Positions 10,199 to 20,679 of a DNA stretch of 64,000 nt are shown piece by piece. How positions within the stretch are numbered: position 1 is the stretch's first letter; each line of letters starts with the position of its first letter. Source of the DNA: Patescibacteria group bacterium (GTDB lineage: Bacteria > Patescibacteriota > Patescibacteriia > UBA1558 > GWA2-36-10); contig JBAYIR010000004.1 in NCBI GenBank assembly GCA_041665505.1, positions 6,797 to 70,796 on the forward strand, read 5' to 3'. Both the position numbers and the translations under genes were made by a program. The notes under the pieces were generated by a model. That model was not told where the DNA came from, did not search any database, and saw only the letters and a program-made list of their open reading frames with translations.

Positions 10199-12873
10199 AA
10201 TTTTTAAATTGTCAGGCCTGTCAAGGTACTGGTAAATTAAATGGAGCAAACTGTCCAACTTGTCTTGGCTACAGAAATTATTATTTTTCTAATAATAATT
10301 TTTTATATTTTGTCCGTCCAGTCAATTATATTTATATTTTTGTCAGAGAACTCAAAAAAACAGTTGATATTATTATCAATATATTTTTGTTAGGGGGAGT
10401 ATTTTTTTCATTGTATCTGACTTATCGCATACTAAATGTTGTGCAGTTTGAACCTAGAAATTTGTTAATTTTTTTAAGCACGCCAAAAATTGAAAATCTT
10501 TATTTATGGGCTTTGATTTTAGCTGATATGTTTTTGTATTATCGTCTAGTTATACCCGGTATTAAAAAAGCTCAAAAAGAAAAAAAATTAGCCAATAAAG
10601 ATATAAATGTTAAACATAATATTGCCGATCACTTGGGCCAAGAAGTAGCTAATATGATTGATAAGGCCTGGCTCTTTGGTAAATACAAAAAAACTTTTCC
10701 AATTAGTGTTTGGCATTTACTTTTTACTTTATTAAATGACAGAGATATCCGTTTGGTTTTGGCCAGACTAGGAGTAGGAGCTGATAATATTAAAAAAGGT
10801 ATTGATGAAAATATCAGCACCTTGGTAGCTGCACAAGCTGATAAATCAGAGCTAGATGAAACAGCTTTAGACGCCCTGCTCAATGCTTATTTTCATATGT
10901 TAGACAGACATGGTGAATATATTTTAGAAGTAGATTTGCTATATGGCGTGGTGACGACTAGCCAAGCAGTTCGGAATATGTTTTATGATATGGATATTGA
11001 TGAACAAAAAATAGATAATGTCATTTCTTGGGTGAAAATCAATAAAGATTTATTGGAAAGATATAAAAGATTTAGATCTCGGTCTATTTTTAAGCCAAAA
11101 GGCGGTATGAATAGATCTTATACAGCTATTGCTACACCAGTTTTAAATAGTTTTTCTCAGGATTTGACATTGATGGCCAAAGCTGGAGCTTTGGGGCTAT
11201 CTGTAGCCAGAGAAAAAGAAATTAGTGAAATTATATCTACAGTAGAGAGTAGCTTATCTAGTGTGGTCTTGGTGGGGCCACCTGGTATTGGTAAAGGAAA
11301 TATTATAGATGGAATTGCCAATTATATGATGGCTGAGGAAATTCCTGAACTTTTTCAAGATAAACGTTTGGTCTCTGTATCTACACCAATGCTAGTTTCA
11401 GGAGCTGAAGGAGCTGGCAGATTGGAGGAAAGATTTTTGGCCATTTTAAACGAAACCACTGCTTCAGGCAATATTATTTTATATATTGAAGATATCAACC
11501 AATTAGTAGGTATTTCATCTCAAGGCGCTGAAGGTATTTCTCTGGCGGAAATTTTGGCTGGTGAAATCAGAAAGAAAAATATTATAGTCATATCAACGGC
11601 CAATAATAAAGAATATGTAGAATATTTAGAAGGTACTAGCTTGGGCCAAGAGCTCAAAAAAATAAATATAAATGAGCCAGATAAAAATCAGACTATTCAA
11701 ATGATGGAGGCTCATGTGGGGATGGTAGAGGGTAAGCACAGAGTATATTTTACTTATGATGCTTTAGATACTATTTATGAATTGTCCAATCGTTATATTA
11801 CAGATAAGGCTTTACCTAGTAAGGCCATAGATTTGATGGATGAAGCTGGGATTTTGGTCTCTAAGCGCGGGCAAAAAGATAATTTAGTAAAGGCAGAAGA
11901 CATAGAAGCTTTGGTTAGCCATAAAACCAATATTCCTTTGACCGAGGTAACTACTCAAGAATCTGCTAAGTTGCTCAACATAGAAGAGGAAATTCATGAG
12001 CGTATTGTTGGTCAGGAAGAAGCAGTCAAGTTGGTTGGTTCAGCTCTAAGACGTGCTCGGGCAGAATTGCGGGATAAAAATAGGCCAATTGTCAATTTAC
12101 TTTTCCTAGGACCGACTGGTGTGGGAAAGACTGAATTGGCCAAAACAGTAGCTGAAAAATACTTTGGTGATGAAAACAATATGATCCGTCTTGATATGAG
12201 TGAATACCAAGATAAGACTTCCTTACCACGGCTGATTGGTTCTCCTCAAAATGCTACGCCAGGACTGTTGACGGAAGCAGTCAGACATAAACCATTTGCT
12301 CTGCTATTACTTGATGAAATAGAAAAAGCTAATCCGGAAATTTTAAATATTTTTTTACAAGTCATGGAAGATGGAAGGTTGACTGATGCTCTAGGGCGTA
12401 CAGTTGATTTTACCAATTTGATTATTGTAGCTACTTCAAATGCTGGTACATCTTTTATTCAGGATCAGATAAATGCTGGTCGTCAGGTGCATGAATTTAA
12501 AGATCAGTTGATTAAAGAAGAAATTAGAGATTTATTTAAACCAGAGTTTATCAATCGTTTTGATGGCGTGGTAGTTTTCCGTCCACTGACCCAAGAAGAA
12601 ATATTCAAGATTACTGGTTTCATGCTTAATAAAGTCAAAAAAAGATTAGAAGAAAAAGGTATTTTATTTGAAGTAACTGTTCCCGCTCAGCATGAATTGG
12701 CCAAGGCTGGTTTTGATCCGGTCTTTGGTGCTCGGCCACTCAGGCGGGTTATTCAAGAGCAAGTAGATAATACTTTGGCAGATTTCTTGCTCACGGGAAA
12801 ATTTGGTAGAAGAGATGTAGTAGTTTATGATGTTGGTGGAAAGATTAGCGTCAAAAAACCAACAGGCTATTAA
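10186..12873 (+). CDS. ClpA/ClpB-family AAA+ ATPase with N-terminal Zn finger and TM segments
   Basis: Two AAA modules (GPPGIGKG; GPTGVGKT, LLLDEIEKA, GARPLRR). N-terminal CQACQGTG...CPTCLG and two hydrophobic helices. Confidence 0.9.
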   Translation: MEGLKFLNCQACQGTGKLNGANCPTCLGYRNYYFSNNNFLYFVRPVNYIYIFVRELKKTVDIIINIFLLGGVFFSLYLTYRILNVVQFEPRNLLIFLSTPKIENLYLWALILADMFLYYRLVIPGIKKAQKEKKLANKDINVKHNIADHLGQEVANMIDKAWLFGKYKKTFPISVWHLLFTLLNDRDIRLVLARLGVGADNIKKGIDENISTLVAAQADKSELDETALDALLNAYFHMLDRHGEYILEVDLLYGVVTTSQAVRNMFYDMDIDEQKIDNVISWVKINKDLLERYKRFRSRSIFKPKGGMNRSYTAIATPVLNSFSQDLTLMAKAGALGLSVAREKEISEIISTVESSLSSVVLVGPPGIGKGNIIDGIANYMMAEEIPELFQDKRLVSVSTPMLVSGAEGAGRLEERFLAILNETTASGNIILYIEDINQLVGISSQGAEGISLAEILAGEIRKKNIIVISTANNKEYVEYLEGTSLGQELKKININEPDKNQTIQMMEAHVGMVEGKHRVYFTYDALDTIYELSNRYITDKALPSKAIDLMDEAGILVSKRGQKDNLVKAEDIEALVSHKTNIPLTEVTTQESAKLLNIEEEIHERIVGQEEAVKLVGSALRRARAELRDKNRPIVNLLFLGPTGVGKTELAKTVAEKYFGDENNMIRLDMSEYQDKTSLPRLIGSPQNATPGLLTEAVRHKPFALLLLDEIEKANPEILNIFLQVMEDGRLTDALGRTVDFTNLIIVATSNAGTSFIQDQINAGRQVHEFKDQLIKEEIRDLFKPEFINRFDGVVVFRPLTQEEIFKITGFMLNKVKKRLEEKGILFEVTVPAQHELAKAGFDPVFGARPLRRVIQEQVDNTLADFLLTGKFGRRDVVVYDVGGKISVKKPTGY

Positions 12874-12979
12874 TTTATTCACCCGTCAGGATAAGCTTGG
12901 CGGGTTTTTAAAATAACTTGAAATTTAAGGTCGTTTCGGGTATAATTTTGTTATTGAAGTATTAAAATAATTATCTTTT

Positions 12980-14368
12980 ATGAAAGAATTGCGCAAGTTT
13001 GATAAGGTGGTAAATCTGGCTAAAACTAAAGGCTTTATTTTCCCTTCCTCAGATATTTATGGAGGTTTAAATTCTATCTATGACTACGGTCCTTTAGGGT
13101 TGGAATTGAAAAATAACCTCAAAAAGGCTTGGTTTGATTTTATGTTGGCTAGGCGTGATGTAGTCGGGCTTGATTCTTCAATTCTTATGCATCCGGAAAT
13201 ATGGAAAGCTTCAGGACATTTGGATGGTTTTTCCGATCCTTTAGTTGATTGCAAAAAATGTAAATCGCGTTTTAGAGCTGATCATCTACTAGAAAAAAAA
13301 GGTATTAAGCCAGATTTTGGTAAAGATAAATCTCCTGACATGGGAGATATGAAATGTCCAGAGTGTGGTGGAGAGTTGACCGAGGTCAGACAATTCAATT
13401 TGATGTTTAAGACTTTTATGGGGCCACTAGAGGATAGTGCCAATCAAATATATCTGCGTCCTGAAACTGCTCAGGGTATTTATGTCAATTTTCTAAATGT
13501 CATGAACTCCATGCGTATGAAAATGCCTTTTGGAATTGCCCAGATTGGTAAAGCTTTTAGAAATGAGATTACACCTGGCAATTTTACTTTCCGTATGCGT
13601 GAGTTTGAACAAATGGAAATGCAATATTTTGTTCACCCTGATAAAACAGAAGAAGTTTTTGCCAAGTGGCAAAATTTGCGTATGGATTGGTATAAAGATT
13701 TTGGTATTAATCCAGCTAATCTTCATTTTCGTGAGCATGAAAAAGACGAACTAGCTCATTATGCCAAACGAGCACTGGATATTGAATATAATTTTGGATT
13801 CTCAACTAATGAGACTTTCAAAGAATTAGAAGGTATTCATCATCGTGGCAATTGGGATCTTAGTCAACATCAGAAATTTTCCAAACAAAAATTGTCAGTT
13901 AAAGATGAAAATAATCAGGAATATATTCCCAATGTTATTGAAACCTCTGGCGGGGTAGATAGAGCTACTTTGGCCTTTTTGATGGAGGCTTATACTGAAA
14001 TAGATGGTGGTCGCAGTACTACTACCGAAAGTAATAAAGAAACAGAAGTAGTGCTTAAATTGGATAAACGTCTAGCTCCAATTAAAATTGCTATTTTACC
14101 TTTATCTAAAAAAACAGAATTATCTGATCAGACTGACAATATTTATAATATGTTAGTTTCCAAGTATCGTCTGGCTTATGATGAGACTGGCTCAATTGGC
14201 AAACGCTATCGTCGCCAAGATGAAATTGGTACACCTTATTGTTTGACAGTAGATTTTGAAACAATTAATGATAAAAAAGTAACAGTCAGAGATAGAGATA
14301 CTATGGCTCAAGAGCGTATAGCTATTGATGAATTATCAGATTATTTTCAAGAAAAATTTAATAAATAA
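12980..14368 (+). CDS. glyQS: Glycyl-tRNA synthetase (alpha2 type)
   Basis: YDYGPLG, LRPETAQG, FRNEITP, REFEQMEMQ and SIGKRYRRQDEIGTP motifs. Confidence 0.96.
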   Translation: MKELRKFDKVVNLAKTKGFIFPSSDIYGGLNSIYDYGPLGLELKNNLKKAWFDFMLARRDVVGLDSSILMHPEIWKASGHLDGFSDPLVDCKKCKSRFRADHLLEKKGIKPDFGKDKSPDMGDMKCPECGGELTEVRQFNLMFKTFMGPLEDSANQIYLRPETAQGIYVNFLNVMNSMRMKMPFGIAQIGKAFRNEITPGNFTFRMREFEQMEMQYFVHPDKTEEVFAKWQNLRMDWYKDFGINPANLHFREHEKDELAHYAKRALDIEYNFGFSTNETFKELEGIHHRGNWDLSQHQKFSKQKLSVKDENNQEYIPNVIETSGGVDRATLAFLMEAYTEIDGGRSTTTESNKETEVVLKLDKRLAPIKIAILPLSKKTELSDQTDNIYNMLVSKYRLAYDETGSIGKRYRRQDEIGTPYCLTVDFETINDKKVTVRDRDTMAQERIAIDELSDYFQEKFNK

Positions 14369-14382
14369 TATTTTTATAATAT

Positions 14383-15651
14383 ATGTTTAAACGTATTGTT
14401 CGTCGTGATGGCAGTGTGATAATACTAGCCCCTAAAAGTGATACCAAAGCCATTACTTTTGAGGTGCTTTATAAAGTGGGTTCCAGGCAAGAGAATGATA
14501 AAAATAATGGTGTTTCTCATTTTGTAGAACATCTAATGTTTAAAGGTACTAGCCGAAGGCCAAACACAGCAGATATCGCTAGAGAATTAGACGGAGTTGG
14601 AGCGCAATACAATGCTTTTACTGGCAAAGAATATACAGGCTACTACATCACCGTTAATAATAGTCATTTGACTATGGCTATAGATATGCTCTCAGATATG
14701 CTTCATAATTCCAAATTTGATAAAGAAGAAATTGATAGAGAAAGAGGCGTGATTGTGGAAGAAATAAATATGTATGAAGACAATCCCATGATGTACATTG
14801 AGGAAGTCTTTGAAAATATATTGTTCAATAGCACCAACTTAGGTCGTCCTATTGCTGGACCAAAAGTAAATATTCAGACTATTTCTCGCCAGGCGCTCTA
14901 TAGTTATCATCAAAAATACTATTATCATGGCAATGCTATTATTGGCTTGGCTGGTAATTTTAATGCCCAGCAAGCTCTTAAATTAATAGATAAACTTTTC
15001 CCTATTAGTTCTCGTCAAGCTAGAATAAAAAATAAAGCCTTGCCAGCTATCAAGCAGACCAAAGCAGTAATAGAAATTATAGATCGCAATTTGGAGCAAG
15101 TGCAATTGATGCTAGGTTGGCGTACTTCTTCAGTCACGGATAAGAATTTTCTTTTTAATCAGCTTTTAGCCAATATTTTGGGTGGGACTATGAGCTCACG
15201 ATTGTTTTTAAATATCAGAGAAAGAAAAGGGCTTTGTTATTTTATTCGGGCAGAAGTCAGTGGTTATGAAGGCTTTAGTGCTTTTACTATTCACGCTGGC
15301 TTAAACAAAGAAAAAATTTATGAAGCGCTTCAAGCCATAAAAGATGAACTAAATAAAATAAAAAAAGATGGCATCACTGCTGAAGAATTATTGCAAGCCA
15401 AAGAAAATATCAAAGGGCATATGATACTAAGAATGGAAAGCTCTAGTGCGCATTTGAATTTTTTAATCTCCCAAGAGGCGATTGGCAAAAACATTAAAGA
15501 CTTGGATGAGAAGTTGGTTGAACTGGATAAAATTAGTCTTAAACAAGTAAATGATTTGGCCAAAAAAATTGTTGATTGGTCACAGTCAAATTTGGCTATT
15601 ATTGGTCCATTTAAAAATAAAGATAAATTTGTAAATATTTTAAAAAAATAA
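14383..15651 (+). CDS. M16 family zinc peptidase
   Basis: Inverted zinc motif HFVEH (HxxEH); MSSRLF...RERKGLCY. Confidence 0.92.
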   Translation: MFKRIVRRDGSVIILAPKSDTKAITFEVLYKVGSRQENDKNNGVSHFVEHLMFKGTSRRPNTADIARELDGVGAQYNAFTGKEYTGYYITVNNSHLTMAIDMLSDMLHNSKFDKEEIDRERGVIVEEINMYEDNPMMYIEEVFENILFNSTNLGRPIAGPKVNIQTISRQALYSYHQKYYYHGNAIIGLAGNFNAQQALKLIDKLFPISSRQARIKNKALPAIKQTKAVIEIIDRNLEQVQLMLGWRTSSVTDKNFLFNQLLANILGGTMSSRLFLNIRERKGLCYFIRAEVSGYEGFSAFTIHAGLNKEKIYEALQAIKDELNKIKKDGITAEELLQAKENIKGHMILRMESSSAHLNFLISQEAIGKNIKDLDEKLVELDKISLKQVNDLAKKIVDWSQSNLAIIGPFKNKDKFVNILKK

Positions 15652-15680
15652 AAAGTTTGAAATTTTAAAACAAAAATTTT

Positions 15681-16721
15681 ATGTCTAAACAATCAATCTC
15701 CATCACCACCGGAACAATACTAAGGACAATACTAGTGCTGTTGTTTTTAAGTTTTTTGTTCTTAATAAAAGATGTTTTGGCTTTATTATTTATAGCTATA
15801 ATATTGTCAGCCGCCTTTGACCCATCAGTTGATTGGCTACAAAAATTCAAAATTCCTCGTGCTCTTAGTATTGTGGGCATTTATGCAATAGTTTTATCTT
15901 TTGTTACTTGGTCAATTTATCTTTTATCAGGGCCGCTAGCTGCTCAAGTAGTAGATATAGCCAATGCTTTTCCAGATTTTTATAAAAAAATTAATCAAAA
16001 TTTAGGGGGAGCGATAGATTTGAATAATTTATTTAACCAAGACGCCATTTCTGCTAGTTTTGCAGATATTACCAAGAGTTTAGGTCAAGCAACGAGTGGA
16101 ATATTCAATGTGCTTAGCTCGGTTTTTGGTGGAGTGATTAGTTTTTTTATGGTTTTGGTAATTACTTTTTATTTGACGGTAGAAGAAAATAGTATCAAGC
16201 GTTTTATCAATTCTCTTACTCCAGTTGGACATCAACCTTATGTTTCTAAATTGATAACTACTATACAACATCGTATGGGTTATTGGCTAAGAGGACAACT
16301 ACTCTTATCTTTGATTGTTTTTGTCATGGTCTATATTGGTTTGGCTATACTAGGTATCAAGTACGCTTTAATATTAGCACTACTGGCTGGTATCTTTGAG
16401 ATAGTACCATTTATTGGTCCTTGGATTGCAGCAATTCCTGGTGTATTTTTTGCTTTTTCCTATAGCCCTAGCAAAGCGTTGATGGTAGCTATTATGTATT
16501 TGGTTATTCAACAATTAGAAAATAATTTAATTGTGCCAAAAGTAATGGGTAAAAGCACTGGGCTTAATCCACTAGTGGTATTAGTTGCTATTATGATAGG
16601 TGCTCGTTTGGGCGGGGTGATGGGGGCACTACTAGCTGTACCTGTGGCCTTAGCAGTAGCAGTTTATGTAGAGAGTTTAATTGGGGAGAAAAAAAAGAGG
16701 GATAATAAATTAGCTAAATAA
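15681..16721 (+). CDS. AI-2E family transporter
   Basis: Polytopic; IVPFIGP, QQLENNLIVPKVMG and GLNP motifs. Confidence 0.9.
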   Translation: MSKQSISITTGTILRTILVLLFLSFLFLIKDVLALLFIAIILSAAFDPSVDWLQKFKIPRALSIVGIYAIVLSFVTWSIYLLSGPLAAQVVDIANAFPDFYKKINQNLGGAIDLNNLFNQDAISASFADITKSLGQATSGIFNVLSSVFGGVISFFMVLVITFYLTVEENSIKRFINSLTPVGHQPYVSKLITTIQHRMGYWLRGQLLLSLIVFVMVYIGLAILGIKYALILALLAGIFEIVPFIGPWIAAIPGVFFAFSYSPSKALMVAIMYLVIQQLENNLIVPKVMGKSTGLNPLVVLVAIMIGARLGGVMGALLAVPVALAVAVYVESLIGEKKKRDNKLAK

Positions 16722-16747
16722 AATTTATATTTTTTTAAGATAGAATT

Positions 16748-17413
16748 ATGCTGTATATAGTAGCTACACCAATTGGAAATTTATCAGACATCACACTCAG
16801 AGCTTTAGAAGTTTTGCAAAGTGCGGATATTGTTTTAGCTGAAGATACTAGAGTCACCAGAAAACTTTTTAGTTACCATCATATAAATACCAAACTTATT
16901 TCTTGGCATCAACATAGTGATCAAAAAGAATTTGCCAAACTAGCTCAATATTTCAAAGACGGTAAAAATATTGCCTTAGTTACTGATGCTGGTAGTCCAG
17001 GAGTTTCTGACCCTGGCGGTAAATTGATAGAATTAGTTTTGTCTGATTTTCCAGACACAAAGATAGTACCTATTCCTGGTGCTTCGGCTCTGACAGCTAT
17101 AGTATCAGTGGCAGGTGTGGCTATGGATAAATTTTTATTCTTGGGGTTTTTGCCTCATAAAAAAGGTAGAGAGACAATGCTCAGAGAAGTAAAAGAGAGT
17201 AAAATCCCAGTTATATTTTTTGAATCAGTTCATCGCATAGAAAAATTACTTACTCAGTTATCAGATTGTGACAAGCAATTAATAGTCGGTCGTGAACTGA
17301 CCAAACAGTTTGAGACGATTTATCGTGGTCAAGCCAAAGAAATATTTGAGAGCTTACAAAAAGATAAAAGTCAGATAAAAGGTGAGTTTGTGGTATTGGT
17401 TGATAAAAAATAA
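16748..17413 (+). CDS. rsmI: 16S rRNA C1402 2'-O-methyltransferase
   Basis: LYIVATPIGNLSDITLRA, AEDTR, DAGSPGVSDPG and RELTKQFE motifs. Confidence 0.96.
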   Translation: MLYIVATPIGNLSDITLRALEVLQSADIVLAEDTRVTRKLFSYHHINTKLISWHQHSDQKEFAKLAQYFKDGKNIALVTDAGSPGVSDPGGKLIELVLSDFPDTKIVPIPGASALTAIVSVAGVAMDKFLFLGFLPHKKGRETMLREVKESKIPVIFFESVHRIEKLLTQLSDCDKQLIVGRELTKQFETIYRGQAKEIFESLQKDKSQIKGEFVVLVDKK

Positions 17414-17850
17414 TGATTAAAGAAATACAAAAGTTTTGGGTGTCACAATCAGCTACTTGGATTAAAGACGGAAAATGTTTGATACTAGAAGCACGTAAAC
17501 GACCAGGGTATTGGGGATTAGTTGGTGGTCGTATCAATGAAGGTGAAGAGGCTGAAAGTGCTTTCAAACGCGAACTCAAAGAGGAATTAAATTTAGACAA
17601 TTTTGAAAATTTAGGCCTAGTTGATTACTTGGTTTTTTACAAGAATTCCAGCGGAAAGGAAATGTCTACTCCAGTGTGTATAGTTGTCTCTTTGATAAAA
17701 TCTGATCAGATAGTCGATATTTGTGATTTAAATGAACATAGCAATTTGACTTGGATTAGTGAAAATGAAATAGATAATTATAAGTATATTGTAAGGGGCT
17801 TGGATAAAATTATTAAAAAAGCTTTTGTTAAGTATAAAGGTATAAGCTAA
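17413..17850 (+). CDS. NUDIX hydrolase
   Basis: Nudix box GGRINEGEEAESAFKRELKEELNL. Confidence 0.88.
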   Translation: MIKEIQKFWVSQSATWIKDGKCLILEARKRPGYWGLVGGRINEGEEAESAFKRELKEELNLDNFENLGLVDYLVFYKNSSGKEMSTPVCIVVSLIKSDQIVDICDLNEHSNLTWISENEIDNYKYIVRGLDKIIKKAFVKYKGIS

Positions 17851-17866
17851 AATTATTTATAATAAT

Positions 17867-18133
17867 ATGTCAGTTACAAAACATTTAGGCACTATCACTA
17901 TTTTGATGAAAGATAGACATAGCTACGCGCTAGAAGTACAGGAAGTGCTGACAGCCAACGGCCATTTGATTATGGCTAGAATGGGCATTAATCCGGCTCG
18001 TACTTGCCTTAAAAATTGTACAGGAGTTATTACCTTAATAGTAGAAGGTACAGTCAAGGAAATAAATGATTTGACCAAAAAACTAGACAAAATCTATGGG
18101 GCAGTAGCCAAAAAAATTATTATTACTGATTAA
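17867..18133 (+). CDS. TM1266-family ACT-like regulator ('iron-only hydrogenase system regulator')
   Basis: LGTITIL..DR...VQEVLT...LIMARMG...VITLIVEG...INDLTKKL pattern. Confidence 0.65.
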   Translation: MSVTKHLGTITILMKDRHSYALEVQEVLTANGHLIMARMGINPARTCLKNCTGVITLIVEGTVKEINDLTKKLDKIYGAVAKKIIITD

Positions 18134-18585
18134 TGAATTTTATTATTAGACAATTAGAAGAAGCTGACATTACAGTCGCTAGTGGCTTTGTAGAAACAAT
18201 GGCTAATATGCATGATATTAGTGGCTTGCCTGTGTCTCAACTAAAAGACCTTTGGCAACAAGCTAGCCAGCCAGGCGTTTATTTTTTGGTGGCTATATCA
18301 CAAGAAGAGGCTTCTAGAGACCAAATTGTGGCTACAGTCAAATTGTTAGTGGAGCCAAAGTTTTTTCATGGTGGCCGTTTAGCAGGGCATATTGAGGATG
18401 TAGTAACTCGCCAAGGTTTTGAAGGTAATGGCCTAGCCAAAGCATTATTAGAAGAAGCTATCAAAATTGCTAGAACCAATAATTGTTATAAAGTAATTTT
18501 GGATTGTAAAAAAGAATTAGTAAATTTTTATAGTAAAGTTGGATTTAAAGAACATGATGTCTGCATGAGAATAGATTTAAATTAA
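18133..18585 (+). CDS. GNAT acetyltransferase, glucosamine-6-phosphate N-acetyltransferase (GNA1)-like
   Basis: EPKFFHGG..AGHIEDVV, CYKVILDC and FYSKVGF motifs. Confidence 0.8.
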   Translation: MNFIIRQLEEADITVASGFVETMANMHDISGLPVSQLKDLWQQASQPGVYFLVAISQEEASRDQIVATVKLLVEPKFFHGGRLAGHIEDVVTRQGFEGNGLAKALLEEAIKIARTNNCYKVILDCKKELVNFYSKVGFKEHDVCMRIDLN

Positions 18586-18588
18586 GAT

Positions 18589-20028
18589 ATGTCCAAAAAA
18601 GAAAAATTTTATATTACTACTCCAATATATTATGTTAATGATAAACCGCATATTGGCCACGCCTATACTACAATAGTAGCTGATGTTTTGGCTCGTTTTT
18701 ATCGTGAGGAGATTGGTAAAGAAAATGTTTTCTTTTTGACCGGCACTGATGAACACGGAGCAAAAGTAGCTCAGGCCGCCGCTAAAGAGGGTTTAGATCC
18801 TCAGGCTTTTACCGATCAAGTATCGCAAAAATTTAAAGATACTTGGGAAAATTTGGATATTAGTTATGACCATTTTATTCGTACTACTGACAAAGGACAC
18901 AAAGACATAGTTATTGAGATATTAAAAAAATTAAAAGAGGCTGACGTTCTTTATCAGGGAGATTATCAAGGATTGTATTGTGTGGGTTGTGAAAAATTTA
19001 TTTTAGAAAGTGAGTTAGTTGACAATAAATGTCCAGATCACAACAAGATACCAGAAAAATTGATTGAAAAAAATTGGTTTTTTTCACTCCAGCAATTTTT
19101 ACCAAAAATAAAAAAAGCGATTGAAACTGGTGAATTATCCATTTATCCAGAGTCAAGGAAAAAGGAGGTCTTAGGACTGATTGATAAACAGGAATTGCCA
19201 GATTTTTCTATTTCTCGTAGTAAAAAATCAGTGCCATGGGGTATAGATTTGCCTTTTGATGCCAATCAAAAAACTTATGTCTGGGTTGATGCTCTTAGTA
19301 ACTATATTAGTGCTCTGGCTTATCCCCAGGGGAAAGATTTTAAAAAGTTTTGGCCAGCTGATGCTCAATTTTTAGCTTTGGATATTTTAAAATTTCATGC
19401 AGTTTATTGGCCAGCAATACTTATGGCTTTGGATTTACCTTTGCCAAAATTATATATTCATGGATTTTTCACTATTGATGGTAAAAAGATGAGTAAAACT
19501 TTGGGTAATGTTATTGACCCAAATAAACTAGTAGAGGACTACGGTTCAGAAATTTCCAAATATCTAATATTATCTCAATTTTCTTTTGGATCGGAGGCAG
19601 ATATAAAAATAGAAGATTTTCCAGTGAAATACAATGCTGACTTGGTGAATGGTTTAGGTAATCTGATTAACCGTGTGACCAACATGGTAGAAAAGTATTT
19701 AGATGGAAAAATAAAAGTAGATTTTAAATATACTCAGCTTGGTCAGGAAGAAATAAGACAGCTACATTTTAGAGAGGCGCTACTGACTATTTGGCAGGTA
19801 ATAGCCAAAGACAATTCTTTAATTGATCAGACTAAGCCTTGGGAGCTAGCTAAAGATGAAAAAAATCTGGGGCAGATAGAAAAAATACTTCAGGAATTGA
19901 TTTTGGATCTTTATAATATCGCTTTAGCCCTTAAACCATTTATGCCAAAGAAGTCTAAAGAGATTTTGGATATAGTTACAGCTGATAAGATAAAGAAACC
20001 AGAAAAGCCACTGTTTCCTAGATTATAA
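18589..20028 (+). CDS. metG: Methionyl-tRNA synthetase (short form)
   Basis: FYITTPIYYVNDKPHIGH, GTDEHG, YVWVDAL and KMSKT motifs. Confidence 0.97.
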   Translation: MSKKEKFYITTPIYYVNDKPHIGHAYTTIVADVLARFYREEIGKENVFFLTGTDEHGAKVAQAAAKEGLDPQAFTDQVSQKFKDTWENLDISYDHFIRTTDKGHKDIVIEILKKLKEADVLYQGDYQGLYCVGCEKFILESELVDNKCPDHNKIPEKLIEKNWFFSLQQFLPKIKKAIETGELSIYPESRKKEVLGLIDKQELPDFSISRSKKSVPWGIDLPFDANQKTYVWVDALSNYISALAYPQGKDFKKFWPADAQFLALDILKFHAVYWPAILMALDLPLPKLYIHGFFTIDGKKMSKTLGNVIDPNKLVEDYGSEISKYLILSQFSFGSEADIKIEDFPVKYNADLVNGLGNLINRVTNMVEKYLDGKIKVDFKYTQLGQEEIRQLHFREALLTIWQVIAKDNSLIDQTKPWELAKDEKNLGQIEKILQELILDLYNIALALKPFMPKKSKEILDIVTADKIKKPEKPLFPRL

Positions 20029-20160
20029 TCATCTATAGTGGAGAAAAAACAGCCAATAGTGTATTATAGTAAAAACAATCATTAGTTATTATATATATTT
20101 TAAAATTAAATTTAAGTTTTATATTTTGAATAAAACTTATTTAAAGAGTGAAAAATAAAT

Positions 20161-20679
20161 ATGAATCTTTTTGACATTTTTTTGATCGTAGTGCTATTTA
20201 TCTTTACTTGGAAGGGTTTTAGAGCTGGTTTAGTAGGCGCTATTGGGGGATTGTTTGGAGTATTTTTTGGTATTTGGGCCGGCTCACACTATATGCAACA
20301 AGTCGGTGCTTGGCTGATGAGGGTGATAGATATTGATAATGAATATCTAGCTTTCATTATAGGATTTTTAGCTATTTTTTTGGCGGTCAATATTGCTGTC
20401 GGCATTATTGTTTCAGTTATTAATCGGGTTTTTCACATTATTCCTTTTATTGATATTTTGAATAAACTATTAGGAGCACTAGTTGGTATCATCACAGGGG
20501 CACTAGCAGTATCTTCTATAGTTTATATTATGTCACTTTTACCCATTAGTGATACTATAGCTAACAATATTTTGAATTCCCGACTAGCTGATATAGCTTT
20601 AAATATTGCTTTTATAGTCAAACCGTTTATACCAGCGGCAGTTAAAGAATTAAAATCAATTTTTGAAAATGTTAGTTGA
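20161..20679 (+). CDS. cvpA: CvpA family membrane protein
   Basis: MNLFD...KGFRAGLV...LNKLLGALVG with four TM segments. Confidence 0.8.
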   Translation: MNLFDIFLIVVLFIFTWKGFRAGLVGAIGGLFGVFFGIWAGSHYMQQVGAWLMRVIDIDNEYLAFIIGFLAIFLAVNIAVGIIVSVINRVFHIIPFIDILNKLLGALVGIITGALAVSSIVYIMSLLPISDTIANNILNSRLADIALNIAFIVKPFIPAAVKELKSIFENVS

